This document shows positions 17,443-26,076 of a stretch of DNA of 32,000 nt, piece by piece. Origin of the DNA: Planctopirus limnophila DSM 3776 (GTDB taxonomy: Bacteria; Planctomycetota; Planctomycetia; Planctomycetales; Planctomycetaceae). The notes below the pieces were generated by a model, which was not told the DNA's origin, did no database searches, and saw only the letters and a list, made by a program, of their open reading frames with translations. The translations under genes and the position numbers were made by a program. Within the stretch, counting starts at the first letter, position 1. Every line of letters begins with the position of its first letter. The stretch is taken from the NCBI RefSeq assembly GCF_000092105.1, contig NC_014148.1:3750001-3782000 (forward strand), given 5' to 3'.

Positions 17443-17670
17443 TGTGGCATCGGTCGGGTGGCAGGGGTCGAATGTCGTCATTCGCCCCCTGGTCAACCGG
17501 CTTCACCAGCGCAATTGCATCCGGAACGATGCCTTCATGACTTTCGAGCACGTTCGACTGAATTCAAAAGCGTCTCATGAACTGGGGGCAAACGAAGACG
17601 TTTGCCCCAGCCACGCAGTCTCCAGCCACACTTTAGGTCAATAGGCATGCAAAGTTGTGTGTCAAAGACA
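17443..17670 (+). repeat. Intergenic repeat / candidate structured RNA element, copy 1
   Basis: Aligns with 25103-25302, with about three quarters identity by eye. Hairpin 1 at 17462-17491 and hairpin 2 at 17582-17610. Confidence 0.8.
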
Positions 17671-17737
17671 GCAGTTATGAGCAAGTTGACTTTCAGCTTT
17701 TGAACACACCATTTCAAAATGCGATTCGCATAATTAA

Positions 17738-17785
17738 ATGACCGTGAAGTGAGCCGACGGAACTCCATCGGCACTTCACGGTCAT
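17738..17785 (-). terminator. Long hairpin 28 nt downstream of the SGNH hydrolase gene (terminator candidate)
   Basis: ATGACCGTGAAGTG / CACTTCACGGTCAT forms a perfect 14-bp stem plus an inner CCGA/TCGG. On the minus strand only a weak T-tract follows (TTAATTAT). Confidence 0.45.
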
Positions 17786-17812
17786 CAATCTCTTCATCGT
17801 TCAATTTTCAAT

Positions 17813-18619
17813 TTATGGCTTAGCAGCTTCTGGCAAGGGGCCGTAAACCTTGGTGAGTTGTGGCTCAATAGCATCCGCCCAGATGCCATAGCTCTTTTCA
17901 TTCAGGTGCAGCAGATCAGGCATGATCTCTTTGCTCAGCGTCCCGTCGGCTTCCAGAAACTTCGGGCCAATATCGAGAAACTCAACCCGATCACCATCGG
18001 CCAGCTTGGCAATGATGGCATTCGCCCCTTCATTCACCTTGCGACCTGGCGTATCCGGAGTGGCCCCACGGGGAAAGATCGCCAGAATCAGGATCTTTGT
18101 CTTCGGCAGGCTCGTCTTCAATTTCTCGACAATTGCCTTCACACCCTCGGCAATCGCTTCGCTCGAATCAGAACCGGAGTTGTTGGTTCCAATCATCAGC
18201 ACAGCCAGCTTCGGCTCAATACCGGCAATGTTGCCATTCTCGAGACGCCAGAGAACATGTTGAGTGCGGTCGCCACCAATGCCAAGATTGACGGCATTTC
18301 TTGGCGCAAATCGCTGCTCCCAAACCTTACGACCAGCCCCTTCCCACCCTTGAGTAATCGAATCGCCAATAAACAGCAGATCAACCTTGCCTTCAGCGAC
18401 ACGCTTGTTCATAGAGGCATGGCGATTCTGCCACCACTGATCATTGCGGGGAGCAGGTGTGGTTGTCGGGTTGGCTTTCGGAGCCGCCGCAGGAGCCGCT
18501 GCCGGGGCTGCAGGAGCCTGGGCAAAACCTTGAGAGACTAACGACGAGAGCACAAGTGCTGTCGCCAGTGATGCCGTCTTCAGTGATGCCCCTGAGAACT
18601 GTGGAAAAATTCGCTTCAT
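17813..18619 (-). CDS. Secreted SGNH/GDSL hydrolase (PAF-acetylhydrolase-like esterase)
   Basis: Signal peptide, an Ala/Pro linker, then FIGDSITQGW (block I), GIGGDRTQ (II) and MIGTNN (III). ATG start. Confidence 0.85.
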   Translation of the reverse strand: MKRIFPQFSGASLKTASLATALVLSSLVSQGFAQAPAAPAAAPAAAPKANPTTTPAPRNDQWWQNRHASMNKRVAEGKVDLLFIGDSITQGWEGAGRKVWEQRFAPRNAVNLGIGGDRTQHVLWRLENGNIAGIEPKLAVLMIGTNNSGSDSSEAIAEGVKAIVEKLKTSLPKTKILILAIFPRGATPDTPGRKVNEGANAIIAKLADGDRVEFLDIGPKFLEADGTLSKEIMPDLLHLNEKSYGIWADAIEPQLTKVYGPLPEAAKP

Positions 18620-18814
18620 CGGTGGTGCCTGACAAGTTGAGTGAGATGAACGTCCTCAGCTGCTCACCAACACCAGCTCTTCACAACTTGTGGCGCAAGC
18701 AGCACGAGATTCATTCATACCAGTTTGGCAATTGATAATGCCAGCACTCATTACTTAAGAATTCTCCACCGATGAGAACAATTCTTCAGCCATGATCCTC
18801 ATCCAACGGGGCTC

Positions 18815-20020
18815 TCAGGCACTGTGAAAATGAAAGCCTTCAGCCTGATAAACCATCTTCCCCTGACTCATCGTGGCCAGAATGGGCAGCTCGGAATGAG
18901 ACTTTTGAGGGAGCGTCCTCGGTTCCTGGAAAATCGTCAGATCGGCAAGGCCACCTGCTGAAAGTTCGGGAATCGTCAGACTCAACAGCTTTCGTGGCTG
19001 GCGAGTCGCCAGATCAACGGCATGGGCCAGCGGAATCTCCCCCAGAACTTTCGCTGTCGCAATACAATCCCCTAAACCCAGGTGGCTCCCCGCCAGAAAC
19101 TCCGGCTGACCTGCGACCACCAGTTTCCCTGAATCGAGCACATCACAACCTCCCCAGTCTGAGACATACGCCCCTGGGGGAAGACCAGCCCAGCCGCTGA
19201 TGTCGCAGGTCAACAAGACCCGATCCAGAGTTTTTGCGCGGATCACCGTTTTGACAAACGCCGCCGGGAGATGTTGACCATCCACAATCAGACTGCACGA
19301 CAACCGGTCATCCGCCAGTTGTGGCCACAGCGGGTTGTGATGTCTATGGATTCTCGATTCCAGACCATTCCCTAAATGAGTCGCCAGCGTGACTCCCGCA
19401 TCCAGAGCCGCCTGAATCTCATCGGCATTGGCGGCTGTGTGCCCCATCGCCACCACAATTCCACGCGAGACAAGCTCACGGATAAAGCGGTTCATCCCGG
19501 GAAGTTCCGGGGCCACGGTCACCAGCTTGATCATGCCATTCGAAGCGGCCTGCAAAGAATCAAACTCATCCAGATCGGGCGAACGAATCGCATGGAGTGG
19601 ATGAGCACCGCGGGCACCATCCCGCGATGAAATCCATGGCCCTTCCAGATGAATCCCTGCCACTTGCTGTCCCAGCCAGGGCATTTCCTCAATCGCCCGC
19701 GAGATTGTCCGCACACTGTGGTGCATGGCACAGGTCGTGTTCGTCACCACAGCGGGGAGGAACTGACCAATTCCAAACCGGGCCAATTGACTGGCAATCT
19801 GGCCGATATGCCCGGTTGTCAGACTCAGGTCACTGAACCATTGCCCTCCGTAACCATTCACCTGCAGGTCAAAAAAAGAGGGAGAAACGAATGGCAGAAC
19901 CATCGATTCGAGTTCCGAAAGCTCTGTTCTCAACGAATTCACAGAGCCGATGCGCCCGCCCTGAATCGTGATTTCCAGCGGCTCCCCTGTCGAATAATGA
20001 CGCGCACGAAAACAAGGCAT
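18815..20020 (-). CDS. nagA: N-acetylglucosamine-6-phosphate deacetylase-like amidohydrolase
   Basis: DLQVNGYGG, HLEGPW, VTVAPE, MGHT and THLGNG correspond to the NagA metal and substrate motifs. ATG start. Confidence 0.7.
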   Translation of the reverse strand: MPCFRARHYSTGEPLEITIQGGRIGSVNSLRTELSELESMVLPFVSPSFFDLQVNGYGGQWFSDLSLTTGHIGQIASQLARFGIGQFLPAVVTNTTCAMHHSVRTISRAIEEMPWLGQQVAGIHLEGPWISSRDGARGAHPLHAIRSPDLDEFDSLQAASNGMIKLVTVAPELPGMNRFIRELVSRGIVVAMGHTAANADEIQAALDAGVTLATHLGNGLESRIHRHHNPLWPQLADDRLSCSLIVDGQHLPAAFVKTVIRAKTLDRVLLTCDISGWAGLPPGAYVSDWGGCDVLDSGKLVVAGQPEFLAGSHLGLGDCIATAKVLGEIPLAHAVDLATRQPRKLLSLTIPELSAGGLADLTIFQEPRTLPQKSHSELPILATMSQGKMVYQAEGFHFHSA

Positions 20021-20255
20021 AGTTCACAAGCTTTCACACATCGCAAACGCGAACGGGCCAATGATCAGAACAGTTCCCATCTGTTAAATAATGAGACAAT
20101 CCCTGATAGAAGCGTCTGGCAACAGACAATTGAAGCGAAAAGAACGTCTTGGATTTCTCTTTCAGATATGGCAAGAAAGTGCTTGGCCCGTTTTCCTGAT
20201 CGGAAAATCAACACTTTCAAGGCTCTTCAAGTGAGGTGAGTCTGTTCGTCCAGAC

Positions 20256-21380
20256 CTAGATCGTCCATTGTCGATTTCTGGCGGAAATCTCCCATCGGTC
20301 GACGACTTCCCCACCCTGGGCAACAATTGCATAAGGATAGAGAGGTACCGTTGTGCAAACATGTCTGGGGATTCCCCAGACCACATCTCCTACGCTCATT
20401 CGATCACGATCGTGAGATTCAATCACCAGATGTTCTTCGCTTTGCAAAACCTGCTTCGAATCGATCAGTTCTGGTAACCACACACGATGTCCCATCGCCT
20501 GGTCAGGTGACACCGCTTTATGACCCAAATCAAGCGTCAACCGATCAGCAGTTGGCCGGCTGATAACTCGACTGAGAACAAAGGCTGCGGCTCGATAATT
20601 CATCTCAGGAAACTTGAGGGCATACCCCCAATCGTGGAGCACACACGTTCCGGGGCTCAGTTCAATCGCGGGATCGTCCACCTGGCTCCACAGATCGAAC
20701 GTTCCTGTCCCTCCACAAACAATCTGCCCGACTTCGATACCTGCAGCACGCAGACGCTCGCGTAACTGCTGCACCATTTCCCAGACCTGCCTTACGGAAG
20801 CAGCACGTTCTTCAATGTTCGTCTGATGCAAATGGCCATCATAAACATGCAGGCCAGCCGCATTCAGACCAGGTAGTGCTATCAGTTTCTGATAAAGACT
20901 GAGCGATTCAGGTAAGCGGGGATCAACCCCCGTGCGGTTCATCCCGACATTCAAATCGAGCAGCACATCCAGTGTAATCCCGGCCGTACTGGTCATCTCG
21001 GACATGGCATCGAGCGTCCTCGCATCATCAGCCAGCACTGTCAGCTTTGTTCCCGGGAAGCGATGACGAAACTCCGCCGCCCGGCGCAAATTCGGCCCCA
21101 CCAGAGGATAAGCCAGCAGCACATCAATAGCACCAGCTCGCGCCAGCATTTCGGCTTCCGCAAACGTGGCGGCTTTGTGCCGGCGAATTCCCCGCGCGAC
21201 TTCCAGCTTCGAAAGCTCCAGCATCTTGTGAGTTTTGCAGTGCGGTCGGAGTCGTTCCGGCCCACCACTGACCGCCAGCATGTGGTCAAGATTTTCTCGA
21301 ACTGCATCGAGATCAATAATCAGCGCAGGTGAAGGAATCGCTTCGGCAACGCCAGGTGCCAGTGGAGGTGTCCATCTCAT
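20256..21380 (-). CDS. D-TA family PLP enzyme (D-threonine aldolase / D-serine dehydratase-like, alanine racemase fold)
   Basis: LRPHCKTHK contains the PLP lysine. N-terminal alanine-racemase-like barrel and a C-terminal beta domain. The track start at 21404 is TTG, so I chose ATG at 21380. Confidence 0.7.
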   Translation of the reverse strand: MRWTPPLAPGVAEAIPSPALIIDLDAVRENLDHMLAVSGGPERLRPHCKTHKMLELSKLEVARGIRRHKAATFAEAEMLARAGAIDVLLAYPLVGPNLRRAAEFRHRFPGTKLTVLADDARTLDAMSEMTSTAGITLDVLLDLNVGMNRTGVDPRLPESLSLYQKLIALPGLNAAGLHVYDGHLHQTNIEERAASVRQVWEMVQQLRERLRAAGIEVGQIVCGGTGTFDLWSQVDDPAIELSPGTCVLHDWGYALKFPEMNYRAAAFVLSRVISRPTADRLTLDLGHKAVSPDQAMGHRVWLPELIDSKQVLQSEEHLVIESHDRDRMSVGDVVWGIPRHVCTTVPLYPYAIVAQGGEVVDRWEISARNRQWTI

Positions 21381-21552
21381 GCAGAACGCTCGGCTCTCGG
21401 GCAATGATCGGCAGAAGACTCCCGATCAAGGTGGTGACAATCTCAAAGCCACAGCATGGCCGATTGGTGGAGGCGTGGCAATCGATCAACGATCCTGATG
21501 AAACGGACGGATGTCTCGTTCGCGGATGTCATGAACAAAGCAACCACATTTT

Positions 21553-23442
21553 TCAGGCATTGACCTGCAATTGATGGAGGACGGGTTTACGCACAGTCTC
21601 CATCGAAACAACCACCGGTGCCGGTGCGGCAGGCAGATGCTCTTCCGAGAGGACGGTATCGATCACGAAATAGAGCAGCTCCCGCAACGGATCGGGATGG
21701 ACACTGTCGGCCAGAGTTTCCACCCGGGCTCGCGATTTTTCGACCAACGTCTGAGCTTTGGTAAAGATCCCCAGCTTTTCAAAAACCCGCTTGAAGGCTT
21801 CGAATTTCGCATGCGGGCTGTAAGTCGAACTGGCCACGCGCAGCAACTCTTCGCGATCAGCAGGCGCCGCCGCTTCCCAGGCCATGGCCCACAAGAGCGT
21901 CGGTCGCATGGACTGAGCATCCTGACCAGCCACCAGCTTGTTGTGATCATCACCCAGCCAGTCACTCAGATCATTCAGAATCTGGAAGGCCACACCTAAA
22001 TGACGCGAAAATTGTGTGATCATTTCGGCGTAGTCATCCACCGGCCCCGCCATGCGAATGCCGGCATACAGTGCCGCTTCGAACGCCGGCGAGGTCTTCA
22101 GCGCATAGATCTTCATCGCTTCAGCAGGAGTCAGATCATGTCGGCCAGAACGTGACCACTGTAACTCAGCTCCCTGCCCTTCGCACAGCTTCATATGAGC
22201 TGCCGAAAACGCATCGAGAATATCGGCAGCGACTTCAGCACCCAGCTCTTTTCGTGAGGCAGAAACCAGTCGATAACCTGCCCCAATCAAATGATCACCC
22301 AGATTAATGGCCGGCCCGACACCATACTGCCTGTGCAAAGTTTCCTTGCCATAACGGAACTGGTCGTTGTCCTGAATATCATCGTGTATCAGCGAGGCTT
22401 TATGAAAAGCTTCGATGGCCATGGCCACACGATTGACAGCCGGTGGGTATTCGAGGGCCTGATCCTGATGATCAGCCGTCAGCCCGGCAGCACCCGTGAG
22501 GGCATCGTAGGCAGCCAGGGTGATAAAAGGCCGCAGCCGCTTGCCCCCATGCTGCAACCAGTCGAGCACCACCGTCTCCGTAAACTTGAGTGGTGACAAT
22601 TGATCCTGAGTGTCAGCTCCGCCAGCTGCTTTCACTCGATCACCTTTGAGTGCATCCGTGCGAATGGGTTGAGTCAGCGTTTCGAAATGCTCATCAAAGG
22701 CCCGGTTCGAGGCCCGCATCAAAGGCACAAAGCTGCGAGTTTTATGATCGGGCAATGGCTCATACTTATCGAGACATTCCCAGACCCACGATTCATCGAG
22801 CGTCGTATTTTTACAATCACCCGAATGCAGCGGCACCGCATACGAAGGGACGCCGGCAATCAGCACCTTGTCGATCGCCTTCTCCAGCACATTCAGGCAG
22901 GCCACTCCCAGAATGCCATCGATATGCCCGGAGACGATAATCTTCAGCACAATCGGCGAGCCTTCAGCCACCAGGACTTTGTAGCCCAGCTGTTCGGCTT
23001 TCACCTTGTAATCTGCAATCGAACAGGCACCGCAGCGCTCGCAATCCAGACCAAACTCGTCATAGTCGGCCGGACAACCTTCGGCATGCTTCAAGCAGTG
23101 GGGCAACAGCAGCATCCGCCGCTCAAAAGGAATGGCCAGAAACTGTTCGCGCCAGAAGACATTCCCCAGCATCACCATCGCAAAGCCGAGAAACTTCTCG
23201 GGCTCACCATGCGTGGCCAGCATCTCCCGCGCCATCGCTTCCAGTTGATTGCGGGTGAATGGCTTCGAGCGATCCAGTGTCTTTCCAAAAGCCACCGCAT
23301 CAGAGCGGATCTTCTCGCGATGCGCGAGCGTCTCCGGAACGAACTTGAATTGGGCCGTGCTCCGGCGTTTGGGCTTATCGGCTTCGGGATGCTCCTCAAC
23401 GGGAACAATAACTTGTGATGCCGGCGTAGAAGTCATCGACAT
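21553..23442 (-). CDS. Fusion protein: N-terminal DUF116-like Cys-rich domain plus C-terminal polyprenyl diphosphate synthase domain
   Basis: N-terminus has [36 protein letters not shown]...[10 protein letters not shown]-terminus has [10 protein letters not shown] (first Asp-rich motif) and [12 protein letters not shown] (second motif with N in place of D). The track start at 23484 is TTG, so I chose ATG at 23442. Confidence 0.8.
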   Translation of the reverse strand: MSMTSTPASQVIVPVEEHPEADKPKRRSTAQFKFVPETLAHREKIRSDAVAFGKTLDRSKPFTRNQLEAMAREMLATHGEPEKFLGFAMVMLGNVFWREQFLAIPFERRMLLLPHCLKHAEGCPADYDEFGLDCERCGACSIADYKVKAEQLGYKVLVAEGSPIVLKIIVSGHIDGILGVACLNVLEKAIDKVLIAGVPSYAVPLHSGDCKNTTLDESWVWECLDKYEPLPDHKTRSFVPLMRASNRAFDEHFETLTQPIRTDALKGDRVKAAGGADTQDQLSPLKFTETVVLDWLQHGGKRLRPFITLAAYDALTGAAGLTADHQDQALEYPPAVNRVAMAIEAFHKASLIHDDIQDNDQFRYGKETLHRQYGVGPAINLGDHLIGAGYRLVSASRKELGAEVAADILDAFSAAHMKLCEGQGAELQWSRSGRHDLTPAEAMKIYALKTSPAFEAALYAGIRMAGPVDDYAEMITQFSRHLGVAFQILNDLSDWLGDDHNKLVAGQDAQSMRPTLLWAMAWEAAAPADREELLRVASSTYSPHAKFEAFKRVFEKLGIFTKAQTLVEKSRARVETLADSVHPDPLRELLYFVIDTVLSEEHLPAAPAPVVVSMETVRKPVLHQLQVNA

Positions 23443-23816
23443 AGGTATCTGTTTCACCAGGTGAAGTCCGCTTGCAGAGCCCAAATGGAACGCCTCATAA
23501 GGTGTTCACACTGAGAGGATTCAGCACACGAGGAGTACCCGTGCTCAACACAGATCTTACTCGGGATTGTATACCGAAACGAGGGGCTGCCCAGGAAGTT
23601 TGGCAAAATGGGTACGTTTGTTCTATTGATGAAGTCGAGAAGTGTGCCATCCACTGACCCGCACTTCCTCATGAACGCTGACCTCTCCGGCAGAGACCGA
23701 ACAATTGGTAAATTCCACATGGGAAATGTGGTGGCACCAGCTTCAGTCGTACCTTCTGTACAGAAACCCAGTCGATTTCCAGCAGCGTCTCATCATGCTT
23801 TCCATAAAATGATATC

Positions 23817-23899
23817 GCTCTGTGTACCATACGCTCTGCGTGCCATGCGTTCCGTGTGCTGTGTGCCATGCTTGCAGCTCTGGGCAAGCATGTTTTCGC
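23817..23899. repeat. REP-like hairpin (third copy) preceded by degenerate 16-nt tandem units
   Basis: Core CTGTGTGCCATGCTTGCAGCTCTGGGCAAGCATGTTT at 23859-23895 matches 1025-1061 and 1974-2010. Upstream units are GCTCTGTGTACCATAC and GCTCTGCGTGCCATGC. Confidence 0.85.
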
Positions 23900-23934
23900 C
23901 ACCAACAACGTACTGTCGCTTCCAGGGAGCCGAC

Positions 23935-25023
23935 TTAATCCGCCCCCTGTTCATCCGGCTGATCAATTTTTGACTCAGAGTCCTGGACAGGCTCCTGCAC
24001 AACAGGGTCTTCTTCACCGGCAACAGGGTCTTCTTCACCAGCAAACTGTGTCTGCAGAGCATCTGCCTGAAGACCTTGCTCTCGCAGCCAGCGGACAAGA
24101 ATGGCCACTGATCCATGTGTCGCCAGCACCCGCTCACAACCTGTTTCTTGAATCGCCCACAGCAATTCGGGCCAGTCGACATGATCCGACACGACGAAAC
24201 CACGATCCATGGCCTGCCGCCGGCGTGTCCCCCGTATCGTCATCCAGCCCGAAGCAAAAGCCATCGACACATCGCCAAACTTTCTGAGCCAGACAGTTCC
24301 CTGCACGGAGGGTGGCGCGATGACAATCCCACGCGACCACTCAACGCCTTTGGGATGACCCACCACCTGCTCTGTGGGCGGTAACTCAATTCCACTTTGC
24401 CGATAATCGGCAGTGAGCTTCTCAACGGCTCCATGGGTATAAATGGGCCCGATCGATGGATCCAATAATGAAATCAGCCGCTGAGCTTTCCCGAGAGCAT
24501 AGCCCAGGAGCACGCTGGTACGACCTGCCGCCTGATTCTCGCGCCACCAGGTGTTGATCTCACTGGCGACAACGGCAGGATCGGGCCAGCGATAGATGGG
24601 CATGCCGAAGGTCGATTCCGTGACGAACGTATGACAACGCACAGGTTCAAACGGCGTGCAGGTTCGATCCGGGAAAACCTTGTAATCACCCGAGACCACC
24701 CACACTTCTCCTTTGTACTCCACTCGAACCTGCGACGAACCGAGGATATGACCGGCAGGATGCAATGAAACTTTCACTGGTCCCATCGAGAACTCGGTTC
24801 CATATCCCACCGTTTCGATGAGAGCATCCTCTCCCATCCGTGTGCGCAGGACACGCAGCCCTTCGTTCGCCGTCAGATAAGAGCCCATTCCCCGCCGCGC
24901 ATGATCTCCATGAGTATGGGTAATGATCGCCTTGGGGACAGCCCGCCATGGATCGATATAGAAATCCCCCGCCTCGCAGTACAGACCTCGATCATTCACA
25001 GTCAGCAGGGGTGTTGGAGCCAT
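23935..25023 (-). CDS. Ligase-associated DNA damage response exonuclease (MBL/beta-CASP fold)
   Basis: N-terminus LLTVNDRGLYCEAGDFYIDPWRAVPKAIITHTHGDHARRG is characteristic of this family. An acidic C-terminal tail follows. ATG start. Confidence 0.8.
   Translation of the reverse strand: MAPTPLLTVNDRGLYCEAGDFYIDPWRAVPKAIITHTHGDHARRGMGSYLTANEGLRVLRTRMGEDALIETVGYGTEFSMGPVKVSLHPAGHILGSSQVRVEYKGEVWVVSGDYKVFPDRTCTPFEPVRCHTFVTESTFGMPIYRWPDPAVVASEINTWWRENQAAGRTSVLLGYALGKAQRLISLLDPSIGPIYTHGAVEKLTADYRQSGIELPPTEQVVGHPKGVEWSRGIVIAPPSVQGTVWLRKFGDVSMAFASGWMTIRGTRRRQAMDRGFVVSDHVDWPELLWAIQETGCERVLATHGSVAILVRWLREQGLQADALQTQFAGEEDPVAGEEDPVVQEPVQDSESKIDQPDEQGAD
24000..24041 (-). repeat. 21-nt x2 in-frame tandem duplication in the exonuclease C-terminal tail
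   Basis: CAACAGGGTCTTCTTCACCGG and CAACAGGGTCTTCTTCACCAG encode AGEEDPV twice. Confidence 0.9.
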
Positions 25024-25102
25024 TCGTTCAATCGATCAATCACAACTTGAAACCTGGGTTTAACATCTTTTGGACAGGCTGGCCCTGTGCTGCTGCAAGC
25101 AG

Positions 25103-25302
25103 GTCACATCGATGGGTGGCTGGGGTCGGATGTCTTCATCCGCCCCCAGGTCAACAGAGTTCGCAAGCACGATTGCATCTGTAACAACCCTTCCCATGAT
25201 CATTGCCATGAACAACTAGCGTCACATAACCTGGGGGCAACCGAGGACGTTTGACCCCAGCCACACTTCAAATCAGCACACCAGCGAAATTGTGTCTGAA
25301 GA
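25103..25302 (+). repeat. Intergenic repeat / candidate structured RNA element, copy 2
   Basis: Aligns with 17443-17670. Hairpin 1 at 25120-25149 has two compensated pairs relative to copy 1. Hairpin 2 at 25231-25260 has two mismatches. Confidence 0.8.
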
Positions 25303-25389
25303 GATAGCTCGAAACTACAAAAAGGTCACTCAGCTCAATCACAAAGTGATCATCCCTGCCCAAGTATTGTAACCTCAAAGCGACATGCG

Positions 25390-25851
25390 TCACCCGAGGA
25401 TCTGTGTGCTCATCTCTGTCGATGATAAAGCTGAGACCACAGGTGACTGGGCTTTCTTTGGTGGCTCGACCTGCTCAGACGAAGCCTCACCTTGTGAGAG
25501 GAGCAGATAAGCTGCCAGTAAAAGCGAAATGAGCGACAGCGCACCGGCCAGAACGAGACCGTAATGGAGGCCCCAGGTTCTCGGCTTTTCCTGAGGTGAT
25601 AAACTCTGCACGAAGCGAAAATGCTGCCATCCCGCAATGGCAAACGTCCAGGCTCCCAAAGCCACCATTCCCAACCCTAACCACGAACCGACCCCGGGCC
25701 TGACAGCCTCCTGCCGGTGCAGTAACTGCAGAAAAACTCCAAACCTCGCCAGCACGAACCCCATCCCCACAATCGCCAGTCCCGTGCGAATCCACGCCAG
25801 GAGTGTACGCTCAGCCGCAAAGTAAACACGCGGATCTTCACCGTCGGACAT
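25390..25851 (-). CDS. DUF202 (YidH-family) membrane protein
   Basis: DPRVYFAAERTLLAWIRTGLAIVGMGFVLARF followed by two more TM segments. ATG start. Confidence 0.8.
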   Translation of the reverse strand: MSDGEDPRVYFAAERTLLAWIRTGLAIVGMGFVLARFGVFLQLLHRQEAVRPGVGSWLGLGMVALGAWTFAIAGWQHFRFVQSLSPQEKPRTWGLHYGLVLAGALSLISLLLAAYLLLSQGEASSEQVEPPKKAQSPVVSALSSTEMSTQILG

Positions 25852-26076
25852 TTCTCATCGCCTCTTGATTTCCGGCATGCTGTCTTGACTTCGAACGATC
25901 GAACGACTTTCGCAAGGGAGATTTTCCCGTGAAATCGCACCCGCCGCTACAGTACAAACCCGGCACAGCATAACATCAGTTGAACAACCGGAATGTGTGG
26001 GCCCACAGCAGAGTTAATAAGAGACCCGGGTTGCTTCCAAATCGCCGACAATCGTCCTTCGAGAAAGTCTTTGTCC

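Noticed and set aside
17303-17551. A possible conserved small protein on the minus strand of the two-copy element. ORF 17303..17551 and an unlisted ~49-codon ORF at 25060..25209 share DAIxL..VD.GA..DIRP.PP.
   Set aside because: Amino-acid identity (~50%) is what ~75% nucleotide identity gives without coding constraint. Differences fall about equally on codon positions 1, 2 and 3. The two ORFs have unrelated N- and C-termini, and the copy-1 ORF runs antisense into dgkA. The compensatory stem changes fit structure better than coding.
23453-23465. Palindrome TTCACC-a-GGTGAA just upstream of the polyprenyl synthase fusion start.
   Set aside because: It is a short 6-bp-arm palindrome that occurs once, with no partner site or adjacent regulator. 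It is not distinguishable from chance.
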